Shown one piece after another: positions 7,997 through 17,874 of a stretch of DNA of 63,948 nt. The DNA comes from a virus (Duplodnaviria; Caudoviricetes). The notes under the pieces are model-generated. The model saw only the letters and a list, made by a program, of their open reading frames with translations, had not been told where the DNA came from and did not search any database. The position numbers and the translations under genes are program-made. The stretch covers positions 1 to 63,948 of IMG/VR virus record IMGVR_UViG_3300050343_000213; one strand, given 5' to 3'. The number at the start of each line of letters is the position of its first letter. The first letter of the stretch is position 1.

Positions 7997-8306
7997 TGTT
8001 TTCAAGTAGTTTAATTCTTTCGATTACTACATTTCGAACATTACTTGGCATGTCAGTTGATTGAGACCAGTAACCTCTCTTTAACCAGCAAGGTAGAATG
8101 TTTAGTTTAGGTAACATTACTTTAAGAACCTCATCGTGGTTGTAGGTGATTTGTTCATGTTTGTTATTGATGAACGTGATGATTTGATTTCTACCGTACC
8201 ATGACTTTCTTACAACAAAGTTATTGCGGTGAATTGGTGGGAAGATCTCAGTTAGTTGGTCAGTCGTTAGTTCGCTGATTGCATTGTTTAATTTTAATTT
8301 ATTCAT
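7983..8306 (-). CDS. Hypothetical protein, first gene of the early arm
   Basis: 107-aa ORF downstream of promoter repeat 7. Confidence 0.6.
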   Translation of the reverse strand: MNKLKLNNAISELTTDQLTEIFPPIHRNNFVVRKSWYGRNQIITFINNKHEQITYNHDEVLKVMLPKLNILPCWLKRGYWSQSTDMPSNVRNVVIERIKLLENSDNS

Positions 8307-8334
8307 ATCTATTATTATTTGTTTGTTACACTTA

Positions 8335-8367
8335 TATTATACGAAAGTATTCGTACTTGTTCCAGGA
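8335..8367 (-). promoter_or_regulatory. Early-arm promoter-like repeat 7
   Basis: TATTATAC-gaaagta-TTCGTACTTGTTCCAGGA. Confidence 0.7.
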
Positions 8368-8503
8368 TATACTACTAATGCTATACAACCTCAAAACCAA
8401 ATCGATAATAATATAATCGGTATGGGGGGTGGGTAAATATAAATGACTTTTATATAAAGGTTATAGAGTATATACGGTAGTGTTACACATACACCCAATA
8501 TAT

Positions 8504-8547
8504 GTGACGTTAGCTAATAAAGTATACTAGTAGCTACCTAATGTCTC
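8504..8547. promoter_or_regulatory. Palindromic site copy 3
   Basis: GTGACGTTAGCT-N20-ACCTAATGTCTC, in the divergent intergenic region. Confidence 0.6.
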
Positions 8548-8569
8548 ACTATTAACTTATTAGCATTGC

Positions 8570-8580
8570 AAGTGATAATA
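8570..8580 (+). promoter_or_regulatory. Candidate late promoter motif (GTRATWAYA)
   Basis: AAGTGATAATA; related intergenic copies at 14714, 30203, 45889 and 56005, each ahead of a plus-strand gene block. Confidence 0.45.
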
Positions 8581-8585
8581 TAGGT

Positions 8586-8816
8586 ATGGCACAAAAACTA
8601 TCACCTACAGCACGCAGAGCGAAAGCAGCGAGAGATAAACGCTACGCAATGAGTGAGTGGGGTAAATATAAAAAAAGAACAGCCCAAGCTAAGAAGTGTC
8701 CTAAGGGATACGACTATGACCACCGAACAAGTAAATGTATTAAATCTTCTAAAAATCGTGCTGGTGGAAAGAACGGTACCAAAAACGAAACAACAAGAAG
8801 GCGTTACGGCTTTTAA
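8586..8816 (+). CDS. Small basic protein, possible minimal HNH-like motif
   Basis: K/R-rich; GYDYDH...SKNRA. Confidence 0.5.
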   Translation: MAQKLSPTARRAKAARDKRYAMSEWGKYKKRTAQAKKCPKGYDYDHRTSKCIKSSKNRAGGKNGTKNETTRRRYGF

Positions 8817-8828
8817 AACAAACTCATA

Positions 8829-10793
8829 ATGGCAAAGATACACAATTACACTAATGACTCAGAGATAACAGCCTCTGATAAGGTCATAGGTTCATCGTAC
8901 GAAAACGGAATCTATATTACTAAAAACTATTCAATGGCTTCATTGGGTAGCTATTTCGCTGGTTTACTCAATCAGAACGGAAATGGATATGACTTAGCAG
9001 CTATATCCTCAAGCATTACAACAAACACAAACAGTATTGCTACAGCAAATCAATCCTTAACAACAAATACAACTAATATTGCGGCGAATTCTGCATTCTC
9101 TACAAACTTAGCATCGTCATTTGGCACAACCGACGCAACAGGAACAATAACTTCCTTAGCACAATCGTTTGCGGATCTAGTTCTAACAACTACCGCATCG
9201 GATAGGTTTGCCACATCTTCATATGCCACTAATTTAGCGGCTTCTGTGGGTACTTACAATGCAGACGGTACATTAAGCGCATTATCTGAGGCGTTTGCTA
9301 ACAGCGTGCTTACCACAACTACCGATGCAACATTTGCAACATCGACGTTTGTTAACAATTTAGGCTCTAGTTTTGGTACAGTTGCTTCTAATGGAGCAGT
9401 TACTATATCTGAAGCCTTTGCAAACGAGATATTAACTACAACAACTAATGCTGATTTCGCTTCAACATCATATGTTAACAATTTAGCAAGCAGTTTTGGT
9501 GCAATTGATTCAAGCGGTAACTTAACACTATCACAATCCTTTGCAAATACTGTAATGAATCTAGAAAATTCAACAAATTATGCTTCTGCAGCTTCAGTTA
9601 CTAGCTTAGGGACTACAGTTGGACAAAATACATCAGCGATACAGATCAATCAAACTTCATTAAACGGTGTGCAATCAAAATATGGGGTTACATTAGACAC
9701 AAATGGGGCTGTAACTGGTTTTCAAATTATAAGTGGAGCAAATGCACAAAGCGATTTTATAGTAACAGCTGACAATTTCAAAATATACAGCTCAAATGGC
9801 CAATTAAGTCCATTTAGTGTTGTAACAGATGGATCCACAAGTAAAGTACAAATAAACGGTAGCTTAAATGTATCCGATACGGTAGTAATTCAAGGTGCTG
9901 GTGATTTTACAAGTGGTGATGGAAGTATAAATGATATAAACGGCAGACCTACAGCTTTACTTATGAAAGCGGGTGCAGTTGCAAACGATGCAGGTTCAGT
10001 TTGTTTAGAAATGCAATCGGCACAAAGATGGCACCACGTTATAAAAACGACTGGCGGAACAGATGGACAAGGTAATTTTGATCTTAATGCAGAATACAGG
10101 CTGGGTAGATCACTTGTGGCGGGCAATGAAGGAGATAACTACTCTAAAATAATGATGAAGCTGAACGGCGCAGGATTAATAATACCAAATCAATCTGCCA
10201 ATAGTGTAACGCCCTCTGCAGATTATGCGAGTGGTATGAACATTATATTTAATGAGAATAGCGGTAGCAGAACGGCTGACTCAGGCAGGTTGCATGTAAG
10301 TGAATACTATAAAACGTTCTTTTTGGATATTCCATCAAATCCTTTAACTACAGGGGCTTTTGCGGATATAACTTTTGCAATTAGAAAATATGTTCCCGCT
10401 GTGGTTGGCCCACCGGCTGTTGATGCTTATGAAACTAAAGTTGCTTGGATAGATAATTCAGATAATAGCTGGAATGTGGTTGGCCATGTTAATGCGGGCG
10501 CATTTAATAGCACATCAGATTACAGATTAAAAGAAGATTTTAAATCATTTAATGGTTTAAACATACTTAATAATATAAATGTATACGATTTTAAATGGAA
10601 AGATGTAGATGGAATCGAGGGTAAAAGAGCTTACGGCGTAAAAGCACACGAATTACAAGAGCAAATGCCTTCAGCGGTAACCGGCGAACACGATGGAAAT
10701 AAAATGCAAAAAGTAGATTATTCTAAATTAGTTCCTATATTAATAAAATCTATACAAGAATTAAAAGCTGAAATAGAAATACTAAAAGGTTAA
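8829..10793 (+). CDS. Tail fibre/spike 1 with C-terminal intramolecular chaperone (peptidase S74-like)
   Basis: 41-42 aa repeats, YGVTLDTNGAVTGF...FIVTADNFKI segment, C-terminal TSDYRLKE...GVKAHELQ...VDYSKLVPILIKSIQEL. Confidence 0.85.
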   Translation: MAKIHNYTNDSEITASDKVIGSSYENGIYITKNYSMASLGSYFAGLLNQNGNGYDLAAISSSITTNTNSIATANQSLTTNTTNIAANSAFSTNLASSFGTTDATGTITSLAQSFADLVLTTTASDRFATSSYATNLAASVGTYNADGTLSALSEAFANSVLTTTTDATFATSTFVNNLGSSFGTVASNGAVTISEAFANEILTTTTNADFASTSYVNNLASSFGAIDSSGNLTLSQSFANTVMNLENSTNYASAASVTSLGTTVGQNTSAIQINQTSLNGVQSKYGVTLDTNGAVTGFQIISGANAQSDFIVTADNFKIYSSNGQLSPFSVVTDGSTSKVQINGSLNVSDTVVIQGAGDFTSGDGSINDINGRPTALLMKAGAVANDAGSVCLEMQSAQRWHHVIKTTGGTDGQGNFDLNAEYRLGRSLVAGNEGDNYSKIMMKLNGAGLIIPNQSANSVTPSADYASGMNIIFNENSGSRTADSGRLHVSEYYKTFFLDIPSNPLTTGAFADITFAIRKYVPAVVGPPAVDAYETKVAWIDNSDNSWNVVGHVNAGAFNSTSDYRLKEDFKSFNGLNILNNINVYDFKWKDVDGIEGKRAYGVKAHELQEQMPSAVTGEHDGNKMQKVDYSKLVPILIKSIQELKAEIEILKG

Positions 10794-10795
10794 TA

Positions 10796-13700
10796 ATGGC
10801 AAGAGTACAATCCTATACTAAAGACGCTTCAATAAATGAAAAAGATAAACTATTGGGTTCTTCTTTTATATCAACATCGAGTGGAGCAGACGTGTTTGAA
10901 ACGGGTAATTTTACCATAGGTGATCTTGCGCGATTTTTTGCAAACTATAATGAATCAGAGGGCACTGTATATAATTTAGCTACGTTTGATCAATCTATTT
11001 CAACCAACGCCACTAATATTGGCAACAATACAACGTATTCAACTAATTTAGCTGGTAATTTTGGAACGTTTGATGCAAACGGTAATTTAGTTACTCTTTC
11101 TGAAGCATTCGCTAATCAAGTGTTCACCACTACAACAAATGCAGATTTTGCTTCAGCTAGTTATACAACCAACTTAGCTAGTAGTTTTGGTACTTTCGAT
11201 GCTAATGGTAATCTTACCGCTTTATCAGAAGCTTTTGCTAATAGTGTAATGAGTACAACAACATCTCAGGATGCTGCTTCAGCAACAGCTTTAACTAACT
11301 TAACTGCAATAGTAAACAATAATACAGCTAGCATAACAACTAATGCAACAGATATAACAACAGTTACAGCATCAGCTACAAGTAATGCAACTGATATAAC
11401 AACTAATGAAGGTAATATTACAACAGTGACTACAGCCGCTGCTGCCAATGCTACTGATATAGCTACATTAACATCTAACTTAGCAACCGCTAATGCTAGC
11501 ATTAATCAAAATTCAACTAGTATAACAACATTAGATTCATCTGTAACGAGCAATACAACTAATATAAGTGGGAATGGTTCTAGTATAATTAGTAATTCAA
11601 ATGATATAACCGCAAATGCGACGGCTATAACCACTCTTACTAATAATCTTTCTACAGCCAATACAAGCATCCAACAGAATGCAAGTGATGTTACTAGTTT
11701 AACAAGCAATGTTACAACTAACACTACGAACATATCAAACAACGATACCGATATAACAACAGCCAACACTGGTATATCAACAAATGCAACCGCTATATCA
11801 ACTTTAGTTAATGATTTAGCTACTGCAAATACGGCAATTACTCAAAACGCATCTGACGTTACCACACTTGATACATCTGTAACTACTAACACAACAGATA
11901 TAACTACAGCTAATACAAATATAACTACAGCTAATACAAACATTTCAACAAATGCAGCTGCAATAACTACATTAACCAATAACTTAGCTACTACTGACAC
12001 AAATGTAACGCAAAATGCAACAGATGTAACCACTTTAGAGACTGATGTAACTACGGCAAATACCAATATTGCTACTAACGGTACAAACATTGCCACGGCA
12101 AACACGAACATAGCTACTAATGCGTCGGATATTACAACGCTAACTAATAACTTAGCCACCACTGATACTAACGTTACTCAAAATGCTACAGATGTTACAT
12201 CTCTAACAACTAATGTTACAACTAATACAAGTGATATAAGTGACAACGAATCAGATATTACAACAGCCAACACTAATATAGCTACAAATGCTACTGCAAT
12301 AACCACATTAACAAATAATCTTGCCACAGCTAATACAGCTATAACACAGAATGCGACAAATCATACAAGTTTATCAACTGATGTTACAACTAATGAGACT
12401 GCAATAACTGCAAATGGCACAGCGATAACAACAGCTAATACTAATATCGCAACCAATGCCACCAATATTACCTCACTTACAAATGACCTAACAACAGCCG
12501 AAGCGGATATAACTCAAAATGCTACAGACGTTACTTCATTGACAACAACAGTAGGCACTAACACAACTGGGCTTGGTACCGCGAATACAAACATTGCGAC
12601 TAATGCCACTAGCATTTCTACATTAGATACCGCTATAACAAATGCAAACACTAATATAGCTGCTAATGCAACCGATATAGTAACCCTTGATACAACAAGT
12701 ACAAACAACGGGACTAATATTACAGCTAACGCTACCGCAATTACTAATTTAAGCACAACTGTTGGGACTAACACAACTAGTATAACTACTAATGCAACAT
12801 CTATTAATGGCATCGAGGGTAAGTACGGGGTTACAATAGATAGTAATGGAGCATTAACTGGGTTTGGTTTAATTGGTGGTGGTGGTGCGAGTATATTTAA
12901 GATTAACGCTAATGACTTTAAAATATATAACTCAGGTGGTGATTTAAATCCATTTAGTGTTTCAGGCAGTAAAGTACAAATCAATGGAGATTTAAATGTA
13001 ACTGGTACAGCTTTAATACAAGGAGCTTTTGGTAGTGGCGATTTTATAGCTTGTAGATTTAAAAACACAGATACAACTAATGCATATGGAGCTGGTATAT
13101 CATTAAATTCATCAAGTGATTATCATCACAGAATATTAATGACAGGTGGAACTACGACTAATGCGGGTGGATCCAATTATTTTGATTTAAATGCTAGTTA
13201 TCAATTAGGACAAGACGGTCAGTATTCAAAACAAATAATGAAATTAAATGGTGCTGGTTTAATAATACCAAATCAATCAGCGAACGGGGTCACAGCTTCG
13301 GCTAATTATTCTGGTGGTATGAATATTATATTCAACGAGAATAGCGGTTCTAGAACAGCAGTGTCTGGAAGATTACACGTTAATGAGTATATGAAAACAT
13401 TCTTTTTAGACGTCCCTGAAGCTCCAAGAACAGATGGGGATTATCCAGGTATGTCATTTGTAATAAGAAAATTTGTTACAGCTTCGCCCACAAACTACGA
13501 TTCAAAAATGCTTTGGGTGAAATCATCTACAAACAGTTTGCACGTTAAAGGTGATATAGTGGCTTCTGAAACATCTGATAAAAGATTAAAAGATAATATA
13601 AAGCCAATACAAAACGCTTGTGAAAAAATAAATAAAATTGGTGGGTATGAGTTTGATTGGAACGATAAACAGGAGTTGTACGAAGGACATGATGTGGGTG

Positions 13701-13852
13701 TTATAGCTCAAGAAATTGAAGCTGTACTGCCTGAGGTGGTTGAAACAAGGGAAGACGGTTATAAAGCAGTTGATTACAAGAAAATAGTACCACTTCTTAT
13801 ACAAGCAATAAAAGAACAACAAAAACAAATAGACGAACTAAAAAAACAATAA
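10796..13852 (+). CDS. Long coiled-coil tail fibre 2 with C-terminal intramolecular chaperone
   Basis: Paralog of fibre 1; long T/N/A heptad shaft; TSDKRLKDNI...GVIAQEIE...VDYKKIVPLLIQAIKE. Confidence 0.85.
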   Translation: MARVQSYTKDASINEKDKLLGSSFISTSSGADVFETGNFTIGDLARFFANYNESEGTVYNLATFDQSISTNATNIGNNTTYSTNLAGNFGTFDANGNLVTLSEAFANQVFTTTTNADFASASYTTNLASSFGTFDANGNLTALSEAFANSVMSTTTSQDAASATALTNLTAIVNNNTASITTNATDITTVTASATSNATDITTNEGNITTVTTAAAANATDIATLTSNLATANASINQNSTSITTLDSSVTSNTTNISGNGSSIISNSNDITANATAITTLTNNLSTANTSIQQNASDVTSLTSNVTTNTTNISNNDTDITTANTGISTNATAISTLVNDLATANTAITQNASDVTTLDTSVTTNTTDITTANTNITTANTNISTNAAAITTLTNNLATTDTNVTQNATDVTTLETDVTTANTNIATNGTNIATANTNIATNASDITTLTNNLATTDTNVTQNATDVTSLTTNVTTNTSDISDNESDITTANTNIATNATAITTLTNNLATANTAITQNATNHTSLSTDVTTNETAITANGTAITTANTNIATNATNITSLTNDLTTAEADITQNATDVTSLTTTVGTNTTGLGTANTNIATNATSISTLDTAITNANTNIAANATDIVTLDTTSTNNGTNITANATAITNLSTTVGTNTTSITTNATSINGIEGKYGVTIDSNGALTGFGLIGGGGASIFKINANDFKIYNSGGDLNPFSVSGSKVQINGDLNVTGTALIQGAFGSGDFIACRFKNTDTTNAYGAGISLNSSSDYHHRILMTGGTTTNAGGSNYFDLNASYQLGQDGQYSKQIMKLNGAGLIIPNQSANGVTASANYSGGMNIIFNENSGSRTAVSGRLHVNEYMKTFFLDVPEAPRTDGDYPGMSFVIRKFVTASPTNYDSKMLWVKSSTNSLHVKGDIVASETSDKRLKDNIKPIQNACEKINKIGGYEFDWNDKQELYEGHDVGVIAQEIEAVLPEVVETREDGYKAVDYKKIVPLLIQAIKEQQKQIDELKKQ
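11477..12652 (+). repeat. Seven degenerate 168-nt (56-aa, 8-heptad) tandem units in fibre 2
   Basis: The N/D-L-A/S/T landmark recurs at 11477, 11645, 11813, 11981, 12149, 12317 and 12485. Confidence 0.85.
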
Positions 13853-13853
13853 T

Positions 13854-14201
13854 ATGGCAATAACTTACAATTGGGACTGTAAAACACTATTAGTGTATAC
13901 TAGCCACACGGATTTTAATACATCGCCTTTGACCAAAAGCAATGTTGCTTATGCTGTTATATGGACATTAACCGGCACGAATGATGATGGGGTGATGGCT
14001 AGCATAGTTAGAAAAACAGATTTACCAATAAACGACTTATCTAGTTTTGAAGAAAAAGATAATTTAACCAATGAAATAGTTAAAACTTGGGTATTTAAAA
14101 TAATAGGACCAGATGCTAAAACAGCTTTTGAATCTGAAGTATCTAAGGCGGTTGCAGAAAAAATTGAACCAACTGAAATAACAGTTGTATTAGAATCATA
14201 A
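13854..14201 (+). CDS. Fibre-associated small protein (MAITYNW type)
   Basis: Paralogous to 29846..30184; both follow fibre genes. Confidence 0.6.
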   Translation: MAITYNWDCKTLLVYTSHTDFNTSPLTKSNVAYAVIWTLTGTNDDGVMASIVRKTDLPINDLSSFEEKDNLTNEIVKTWVFKIIGPDAKTAFESEVSKAVAEKIEPTEITVVLES

Positions 14202-14699
14202 ATGGCATTACAAAGCAGCGGCTCTATATCAATTAGCCAAATAAAAGCGGAGTTAAGTAACTCTAGCAGTTCTCTTAGAACTTTATCGGCAGCTGCAAGC
14301 AAAAGTGCGCCAGATGGCATGCAAGAATTTTATGGCTATAGTGGAGCACCTAGTTATAATTATAATAGCAATATGCAGGTTGGACAAGGCCAGTATTATT
14401 CTAGCACTGCTTTTGGGTACGCTAACAATTCTGCTATTCATGTTTTTGGTACATTTGGATTTTTATACCCTGCTACATTTAATTCTGTTTCATTTGAAGG
14501 TTTATATTGGCAAAATAATAAAATATACTTTTATTTTGCTATAAGCAAACCGACTTGGAACACTTTAATTATAGGGGGAACTAATTTCGGTAGTTCCTCA
14601 GGTTGGACTAGTGTACACTCTAAGCTTTGGACTTACTCAACAAGTACTAATCCATTTGGTATTAGCGGTGCATCTACTAACGTTAGCGCTATATATTAA
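14202..14699 (+). CDS. Putative fibre-tip adhesin or virion protein
   Basis: N-terminal MALQSSGSISISQIKAEL...SLRTLS...MQEFYGY attachment-type motif; aromatic/Gly-rich C-terminus. Confidence 0.55.
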   Translation: MALQSSGSISISQIKAELSNSSSSLRTLSAAASKSAPDGMQEFYGYSGAPSYNYNSNMQVGQGQYYSSTAFGYANNSAIHVFGTFGFLYPATFNSVSFEGLYWQNNKIYFYFAISKPTWNTLIIGGTNFGSSSGWTSVHSKLWTYSTSTNPFGISGASTNVSAIY

Positions 14700-14743
14700 A
14701 ACACCTAACAACCACGTGATTATAGTATTAATAACCAAAACCA

Positions 14744-15040
14744 ATGACTTATTTTTACAAAACCTATTCCTGGGGGAACAACAGTACTCAAGGAATATCC
14801 GAAGAAACCAGAACTCTTTGGGAGCACATCGCTAAAAAAGAAAACTGGCGAATTGTTCAACTACCTAATGGATTTTTCCAAGCCGAATACAAAGATCTAA
14901 GTGAAGAAGAAAAATGGATCGATGTTACAAGGCGTGAAACTTTAGAAAGCTGTGAGGCAGCGATTGATGGAAGCATTAGTCATTACTCTAAAAAGCTTGA
15001 ATTTTTAAAAGGACCTAAAGTCGTGAAAACATTCAAATAA
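14744..15040 (+). CDS. Hypothetical phage protein
   Basis: 98-aa ORF upstream of groEL (NWRIVQLPNGFFQAE...DVTRRETLE). Confidence 0.65.
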   Translation: MTYFYKTYSWGNNSTQGISEETRTLWEHIAKKENWRIVQLPNGFFQAEYKDLSEEEKWIDVTRRETLESCEAAIDGSISHYSKKLEFLKGPKVVKTFK

Positions 15041-15063
15041 CCACTTACAATAAATTTAATTAA

Positions 15064-16631
15064 ATGGAATATAATAACCCAAGTGAGATAGTAAAAGATT
15101 TATCCTTCGGGGTAAATGCAAGAACAAAAATAATGACAGGTGTTGAAAAATTAACTCAAGCAGTTAAATCAACCCTTGGTGCTTCTGGTAAATGTGTAAT
15201 TTACGAGGACGCTCTCGGAAGGCCGGGGTAATAACAAAAGACGGAGTAACCGTTGCGGAAAGCGTAGTCTTAATTGACCCGGTCGAAAATATGGGAGCAA
15301 CCTTAATAAAGGAAGCAGCTAAAAACACAGTGAAAGAAGCAGGTGACGGTACCACTACGGCAACCGTCCTTGCTCATTCATTATTAAATTTAGCAACAAA
15401 AAAAGAAGATTTTACAAATAATATAAGAAACATAAAAAACGGTATTGAAAATGGTTTACAAAAAGTAAATCATTACTTAGATGAAGCTGCGGTTGAAGTC
15501 GAAGGTGATATGTTAGAAAATGTAAGTAGTATTAGCTGTAACAACGATAAAGAACTCGGCAAGATAATATCGCAAGCCTATTCGAAAGTGGGTAAAGACG
15601 GCGTCGTCTTAATGGAAGAGTCTGAGACCGAAAAAACAAATGTTGAATTTGTTGAAGGCACACAGATAGAGTGCGGACTCAAATCGCCATACTTTGTAAC
15701 CGACAAGGATAAAGGAAAAGCAGAACTAGAAAAACCGTACGTAATGATAGTTTCTTCTCCAATCCCAAACATTCGTAAGATTCAGAATGTACTAGAGTTT
15801 GTTATAAAAGAAAAAAGAAGTTTGCTTATCGTAGCGACCGTAGAACAGCAGCCATTAGCAGCATTGCTAGCAAATAAAGTTAAAGGCAATATAAAAGTCA
15901 ATGTAATTGATCTCCCTGGATTCGGACCTACCAAGCAAGACACAACTGAAGATCTTGCGATACTTACCGGTGCTAAAGTCATAAACGAAGAGTTAGGTGA
16001 TGATTTAGATTTAATTGGGCCTGATATATTAGGGGAAGCAATTAAAGCCGTTACAGATGATAAAAACACTGTATTAACAATCAAAGATCAAGGTACTGTA
16101 TTAAGCGAAAGAATAGAGTTAGTTGAAAGCAAAGTTAAAGATGAAAAAAATCCATTCTTTAAGAAAAGACTACAACAAAGACTAGCGATGTTAAATGGAT
16201 ATGTAGCTATTGTGAAAGTAGGTGCTAATTCAAAAGTAGAGTTAAAAGAAAAGAAAGATAGGGTTGAAGATGCAATATATGCAACTAAAGCGGCATTACA
16301 AGAAGGTATTGTTCCAGGAGGTGGTGTAGCTTTGCTGGATGCATCGTATAGCATAATTCCTGCGGATGAAGGCGAATCAATTCTTCTTGAAGCAATAAAA
16401 TCACCTTACGCCACAATACTTGAGAATGCAAACTTAGAATATAAAGAGTCTGGCAAGTCGGGTAAAGGAATAAATGTAATCAATGGCAAAACTGTTGATA
16501 TGATTAAAGAAGGTGTTATAGATCCAGTGCTAGTTACTAAAACAGCCCTGAAGAATGCAGTTAGTGTTGTTAATACTATTTTCTCTGCAGATTGTGTAAT
16601 TAATAATGTTAGGATACATGAAAGCAATTAA
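15064..16631 (+). CDS. groEL: Chaperonin GroEL (one frameshift near 15225)
   Basis: Frame 1 MEYNNPSEIVKDLSFG...AVKSTLGASGKCVIYEDALGRP continues in another frame as VITKDGVTVA...AGDGTTTATVLA...GIVPGGGVAL; the shift lies in a GGGG run. Confidence 0.92.
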
Positions 16632-16875
16632 TTACTACGTCGTCATAGAGAAGATAAAAGAAGCGCCAAAGAAAGTTGGTGGCTTAGAACTAACTGAAGA
16701 TCAAAACAAAGATGTTAGATATTTAAAAGGCAAAGTAATATCTGCTGGTAATTTAGTAGAAGGCCTTAATAAAGATGATATAGTTCATTATGATAAAGTA
16801 GCCGGTCACGGTATTGAATGGAAAGATCAACTGTATTATGTATTGAAACTTGGTGACATAGTACTTGTGGAATGA
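16618..16875 (+). CDS. groES: Co-chaperonin GroES
   Basis: MKAINYYVVIE...GGLELT...GKVISAG...DDIVHY; overlaps the groEL end. Confidence 0.85.
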   Translation: MKAINYYVVIEKIKEAPKKVGGLELTEDQNKDVRYLKGKVISAGNLVEGLNKDDIVHYDKVAGHGIEWKDQLYYVLKLGDIVLVE

Positions 16876-17312
16876 GAATAAGTACAGATGACATAAAAGA
16901 TTTAAATTTATTAAAATATTACAGGCTCATTCGTAAATGGGCCTGTAAAACTTATAATATAAAGGATGCTGATCTTGAATTACTAATCTATTTAGATTGC
17001 AAAGATCGATTTACACGTAATGAATTTATTGATGGTGTGTACACCTACAGTTGGGATAAAGACAGATGGGAAAGATTAAGAAGAGATGGTTGGATCGATG
17101 TTTGGAGAGCACGAAAAGGTAAATTACAAAAATACACAATATACAAAACAAGTTTTAAATGTAAGCAATTAATTAAACGAGTATATCGTATAATGCTTGC
17201 AGAAGAAGACTTGCCAACAGGAACAAGAAGTAAATTTTTTAATAACAGATCGTATACAGATAAAGTTTATAATAAAGCTATAGACGATATGATCAAAGAT
17301 AAAAACAGATAA
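16872..17312 (+). CDS. Hypothetical protein, possible winged-helix
   Basis: 146 aa; DLELLIYLD...WERLRRDGWIDVWR. Confidence 0.55.
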   Translation: MRISTDDIKDLNLLKYYRLIRKWACKTYNIKDADLELLIYLDCKDRFTRNEFIDGVYTYSWDKDRWERLRRDGWIDVWRARKGKLQKYTIYKTSFKCKQLIKRVYRIMLAEEDLPTGTRSKFFNNRSYTDKVYNKAIDDMIKDKNR

Positions 17313-17314
17313 TT

Positions 17315-17416
17315 ATGCCAAAAGTAGGAAACAAAAAATTCGCTTACACAGCGATAGGTAAAGCAGCAGCAAAAAAAGCAGCAGCAGCTAAAAAGAAAAA
17401 GAAAAAGAAAAAATAG
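17315..17416 (+). CDS. 33-aa Lys/Ala-rich peptide
   Basis: MPKVGNKKFAYTAIGKAAAKKAAAAKKKKKKKK; fills the gap between flanking genes exactly. Confidence 0.55.
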   Translation: MPKVGNKKFAYTAIGKAAAKKAAAAKKKKKKKK

Positions 17417-17418
17417 TT

Positions 17419-17706
17419 ATGCCTAGTAAAAAAGCACCCTCAAAGAAAAAATCTAAAGGCTATTATACTAAAGTCAATAAGAAAGGCGGCACTGGTTCAA
17501 AAGCTGGTGGTGGTATGTCTAAAAAAGGCGTAGCTAAATACAGAAGAGATAATCCTGGTAGTAAACTTAAAACAGCGGTTACAACACCTCCATCTAAATT
17601 AAAGAAAGGAAGTAAAGCTGCAAAAAGACGTAAATCATTTTGTGCAAGATCAAAAGGCTGGAAGTCTGAAAGAGGTTTGGCTGCTAGAAGAAAATGGAAT
17701 TGTTAA
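17419..17706 (+). CDS. Small basic phage protein
   Basis: RRKSFCARSKG...AARRKWNC. Confidence 0.7.
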   Translation: MPSKKAPSKKKSKGYYTKVNKKGGTGSKAGGGMSKKGVAKYRRDNPGSKLKTAVTTPPSKLKKGSKAAKRRKSFCARSKGWKSERGLAARRKWNC

Positions 17707-17707
17707 T

Positions 17708-17869
17708 ATGAAAAGTAGAGGATTAGGTGATTCAATAGAGAAGTTCACAAGAAAAACAGGAATTAAAGGTTTAGTGGATAAGGTATCCCAAGGCTTAAAC
17801 ATCCCATGCGGTTGCGAGGGAAGACAAAAAGCTATGAACACTATATTCCCTTACAAATATAAAAAATAA
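17708..17869 (+). CDS. Small basic protein with CGC motif
   Basis: MKSRGLGDSIEKFT...IPCGCEGRQKAMN. Confidence 0.65.
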   Translation: MKSRGLGDSIEKFTRKTGIKGLVDKVSQGLNIPCGCEGRQKAMNTIFPYKYKK

Positions 17870-17874
17870 ATATT

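Noticed and set aside
11290-12810. Thr-rich repeats as an antifreeze or ice-nucleation protein
   Set aside because: Periodicity is 7 and 56 with an Ile/Asn core, not the 11-residue or TxT ice-binding patterns, and the context is a chaperone-capped fibre.
15220-15235. Programmed frameshift or pseudogenisation of groEL
   Set aside because: The indel sits in a G run with no slippery heptamer, and similar breaks occur in the endolysin (about 56843), lipoprotein (about 57510), 17990-18720 and 47280-47430; sequencing error is the simpler explanation.
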